NCBI GenBank assembly: GCA_040219235.1
Contig: JAVJSV010000007.1
Coordinates: 102,841 to 166,840, forward strand
Reading direction: 5' to 3'
Origin: Rhodospirillaceae bacterium
GTDB taxonomy: Bacteria; Pseudomonadota; Alphaproteobacteria; Rhodospirillales; Rhodospirillaceae
Length of the DNA stretch: 64,000 bases
A program made the position numbers and the translations under genes. Below, piece after piece: positions 61,840-64,000 of this stretch. The notes beneath the pieces are model-generated. The model worked only from the letters and a program-made list of their open reading frames with translations. It ran no database searches and was not told the origin of the DNA. Numbering within the stretch: the stretch's first letter is position 1; every line of letters starts with the position of its first letter.

Positions 61840-63504
61840 GTGAAATTTTCTGAACTCAATGTTGCTGAGGCTGACGGCGCGATCCTTGCCCACACCACTA
61901 AGACCGAGACTTTTACAATCAAGAAAGGCACGCGCTTAACAGCTGAAGACTGTGAGCGCCTGCTGAAAGCCGGGCGGCAAACGATCGTCGTGGCGATGTT
62001 AAGCGATACGGATGTGCATGAAGATGTCGCGGCCAAGACGATTGCCGAGGGGCTTTTAGGGCGTGACGTTGCGAACACTGCTGCCTTTACCGGGCGTTGT
62101 AACATCACCGCTGCAGCGGACGGTATCGTGCAGTTGAATACGGACCTCATAAACGCGATTAACGCCATCGATGAGTCGGTTACGATCGCGACGTTACCGA
62201 ATTATACCCGCGCTGAGGCCGGGCAGATTGTTGCGACCGTCAAGATTATTCCCTTTGCCGTTACGCGCGATGTATTGGACGCTGTTAAGGCAGTGATGAA
62301 GACGGCAACGATGAAGACGGCAACGATGAAGGCGGCGGGTGAGGTCATTTCTATTGCACCGTTCAAGCCGCTGGCCGTCACGTTGATCAACACGCTTTTG
62401 CCCTCGCTGAAGGAATCGGTTGTTGCAAAGACAACCGATCTGACGTCGCGCCGGATTCAATCAGTCGGGGGTCACGTTCAGCACATCCTTTCCTGTGACC
62501 ATGCCACAATGGATGTAAAGGACACGCTAAAAACAGCGTTGGCGAGCGCCCCTGATCTGCTGGTGATCGTTGGCGCATCAGTGACGGTTGACCGGGCAGA
62601 TGTTGTGCCGTCGGCTATTGTAAAAAGTGGCGGCGAGATTGTGCATTTTGGCATGCCCGTTGATCCGGGCAATCTTGTTTTGCTCGGCCAGCAGGGTGCG
62701 ACGCGAATTCTTGTTCTGCCGGGGTGCGCGCGGTCACCAAAATTAAATGGCATCGACTGGATTTTTGAACGATTGGCGGCGCGGTTGCCGGTGAACCGTG
62801 CTGAGATCATGTCTCTTGGTGTCGGCGGGTTGTTGGTGGACAGCCCGGCGCGTCCGCTGCCGCGCGCAGAAGCGGTGCGCGGTGAAGCACCTGAAGACAT
62901 AAGACGAAATGTTGCCGCTGTTGTGCTGGCCGCGGGGCAATCCCGTCGCATGGGCAGCGTCAATAAGTTGTTAGAGCCAGTCGATGGAGAAGCACTCATA
63001 CACAGAACGGTGTCGTCAATCGTGAACTCTGCTGCGCAGTCTGTCATTGTGGTGACAGGACATGAAGCAGATCGTGTCAAAGCCGCGTTGTCTGGTTTAG
63101 ACGTGACGTTTGCATCCAATCCAGACTATGCGGACGGACTCTCGACCTCGTTGAAAGTTGGTTTGTCTCAGGTGCCGCCTCAGTGTGATGGTGCCGTGAT
63201 TTGCTTGGGCGACATGCCCAACCTTTCCGCGTCTCACATCGACGCTCTGATTGCGGCGTACAGGCCAGACGCGGGGCAGGCCATTGTTGTGCCCGTTCAT
63301 AAGGGCAAGCGCGGGAACCCGGTGCTGTGGGATAAGCGGTTTTTTGAGGGCATATCTGAGGTTTCTGGTGATGTTGGCGCGCGCCATCTGATTGGAACCT
63401 ATGCGGAGCTTGTCACTGAAGTCGATTTTGGGGACACTGCTGTTCTGACGGATTTGGATACGCCTGAACAGTGGTCGAAGTTTCGCGAGACCCACCCATC
63501 CTAG
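61840..63504 (+). CDS. Fusion protein: molybdopterin-binding (MoCF-biosynthesis-like) domain plus MocA/MobA-type nucleotidyltransferase
   Basis: The C-terminal half has AAVVLAAGQSRRMGSVNKLL...VVTGHEADRV...ICLGDMPNL (molybdenum cofactor cytidylyl/guanylyltransferase motifs). The N-terminal ~330 aa resemble the molybdopterin-binding domain fused to MocA in many alphaproteobacteria. GTG start. Confidence 0.8.
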   Translation: MKFSELNVAEADGAILAHTTKTETFTIKKGTRLTAEDCERLLKAGRQTIVVAMLSDTDVHEDVAAKTIAEGLLGRDVANTAAFTGRCNITAAADGIVQLNTDLINAINAIDESVTIATLPNYTRAEAGQIVATVKIIPFAVTRDVLDAVKAVMKTATMKTATMKAAGEVISIAPFKPLAVTLINTLLPSLKESVVAKTTDLTSRRIQSVGGHVQHILSCDHATMDVKDTLKTALASAPDLLVIVGASVTVDRADVVPSAIVKSGGEIVHFGMPVDPGNLVLLGQQGATRILVLPGCARSPKLNGIDWIFERLAARLPVNRAEIMSLGVGGLLVDSPARPLPRAEAVRGEAPEDIRRNVAAVVLAAGQSRRMGSVNKLLEPVDGEALIHRTVSSIVNSAAQSVIVVTGHEADRVKAALSGLDVTFASNPDYADGLSTSLKVGLSQVPPQCDGAVICLGDMPNLSASHIDALIAAYRPDAGQAIVVPVHKGKRGNPVLWDKRFFEGISEVSGDVGARHLIGTYAELVTEVDFGDTAVLTDLDTPEQWSKFRETHPS

Positions 63505-63569
63505 GGCTGTTCATCCGTTTACCACTGGGCCAGCTTATGTTGGGCCTGCAGAAGTGAGGGGGTTTCACG

Positions 63570-64000
63570 ATGCTGGATTCCGGGGATGATGCCGCGGGCA
63601 AACTGAACACAGACGTTATTATTATCGGCGCTGGACCGGTTGGTCTGTTCGCCGTTTTTGAACTCGGGTTGCTCGGTCTCAAAAGTGTTGTCATCGATAT
63701 TTTGGATCGCCCTGGCGGTCAATGCGCTGAGCTGTATCCGGAAAAACCGATTCTTGATATTCCAAGCCGCCTCCACATTACGGGGCAAGATTTGACGGAC
63801 GATCTGTTGAAGCAGATTGAGCCCTTTGAGCCCGCCATGTACTTCAACCAAATGGCCGACAGCTTAACCAAGCTGGACACTGGGCATTGGCGCATGACCA
63901 CAGATATGGGGTTGGACATAGAGGCCCCTGTTGTTTGTATTGCTGGCGGTGGCGGGAGCTTTACCCCTAAGAAGCCGAAGATTGAGGGGATCGCGCCGTT
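63570..64000 (+). CDS. Thioredoxin-reductase-like ferredoxin-NADP+ reductase, N-terminal part (runs off the window end)
   Basis: Hand translation from ATG 63570, with GAGGGGG 8 nt upstream: MLDSGDDAAGKLNTDVIIIGAGPVGLFAVFELGLLGLKSVVIDILDRPGGQCAELYPEKPILDIP... Confidence 0.85.
   Translation, partial: MLDSGDDAAGKLNTDVIIIGAGPVGLFAVFELGLLGLKSVVIDILDRPGGQCAELYPEKPILDIPSRLHITGQDLTDDLLKQIEPFEPAMYFNQMADSLTKLDTGHWRMTTDMGLDIEAPVVCIAGGGGSFTPKKPKIEGIAP

Overview
Chromosomal, moderately GC-rich proteobacterial DNA. The gene content (three TonB-dependent receptors, a PAS_5-type protein, TRAP and ABC binding proteins, a CoxD/CoxE/XdhC set) fits an aquatic or marine alphaproteobacterium, but that cannot be proven from the sequence. 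I call about 60 protein genes. I recognised no rRNA, tRNA, CRISPR, transposase or integrase. Many track ORF starts were trimmed to the first start codon that fits a signal peptide or domain boundary.

Content in order:
- a Fur-box-controlled siderophore-type receptor;
- an IclR-controlled flavin reductase / FAD monooxygenase / maleate-isomerase-like / PuuE-like operon;
- a repeat-filled intergenic mosaic;
- a second receptor, a PP2C phosphatase, an ALDH, a GNAT and an amidohydrolase;
- an HTH-usp-P-type ATPase-CPA2 module, followed by an AT-rich two-gene ORFan cassette;
- a 33/34-bp tandem array and two GSTs;
- a 7-gene UbiD-decarboxylase operon with a divergent ubiX;
- five tandem C-factor-type SDR paralogues that all carry Sec-type signal peptides, plus a sixth leaderless copy 7 kb away;
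- a BLUF protein, and a TRAP-type binding protein coupled to a secreted esterase;
- a third receptor;
- a lone 2Fe-2S subunit followed by a complete molybdoenzyme maturation set.

Most unusual: the exported SDR array, the UbiD/UbiX/zinc-ribbon catabolic operon, the ORFan cassette, and the many short tandem duplications.
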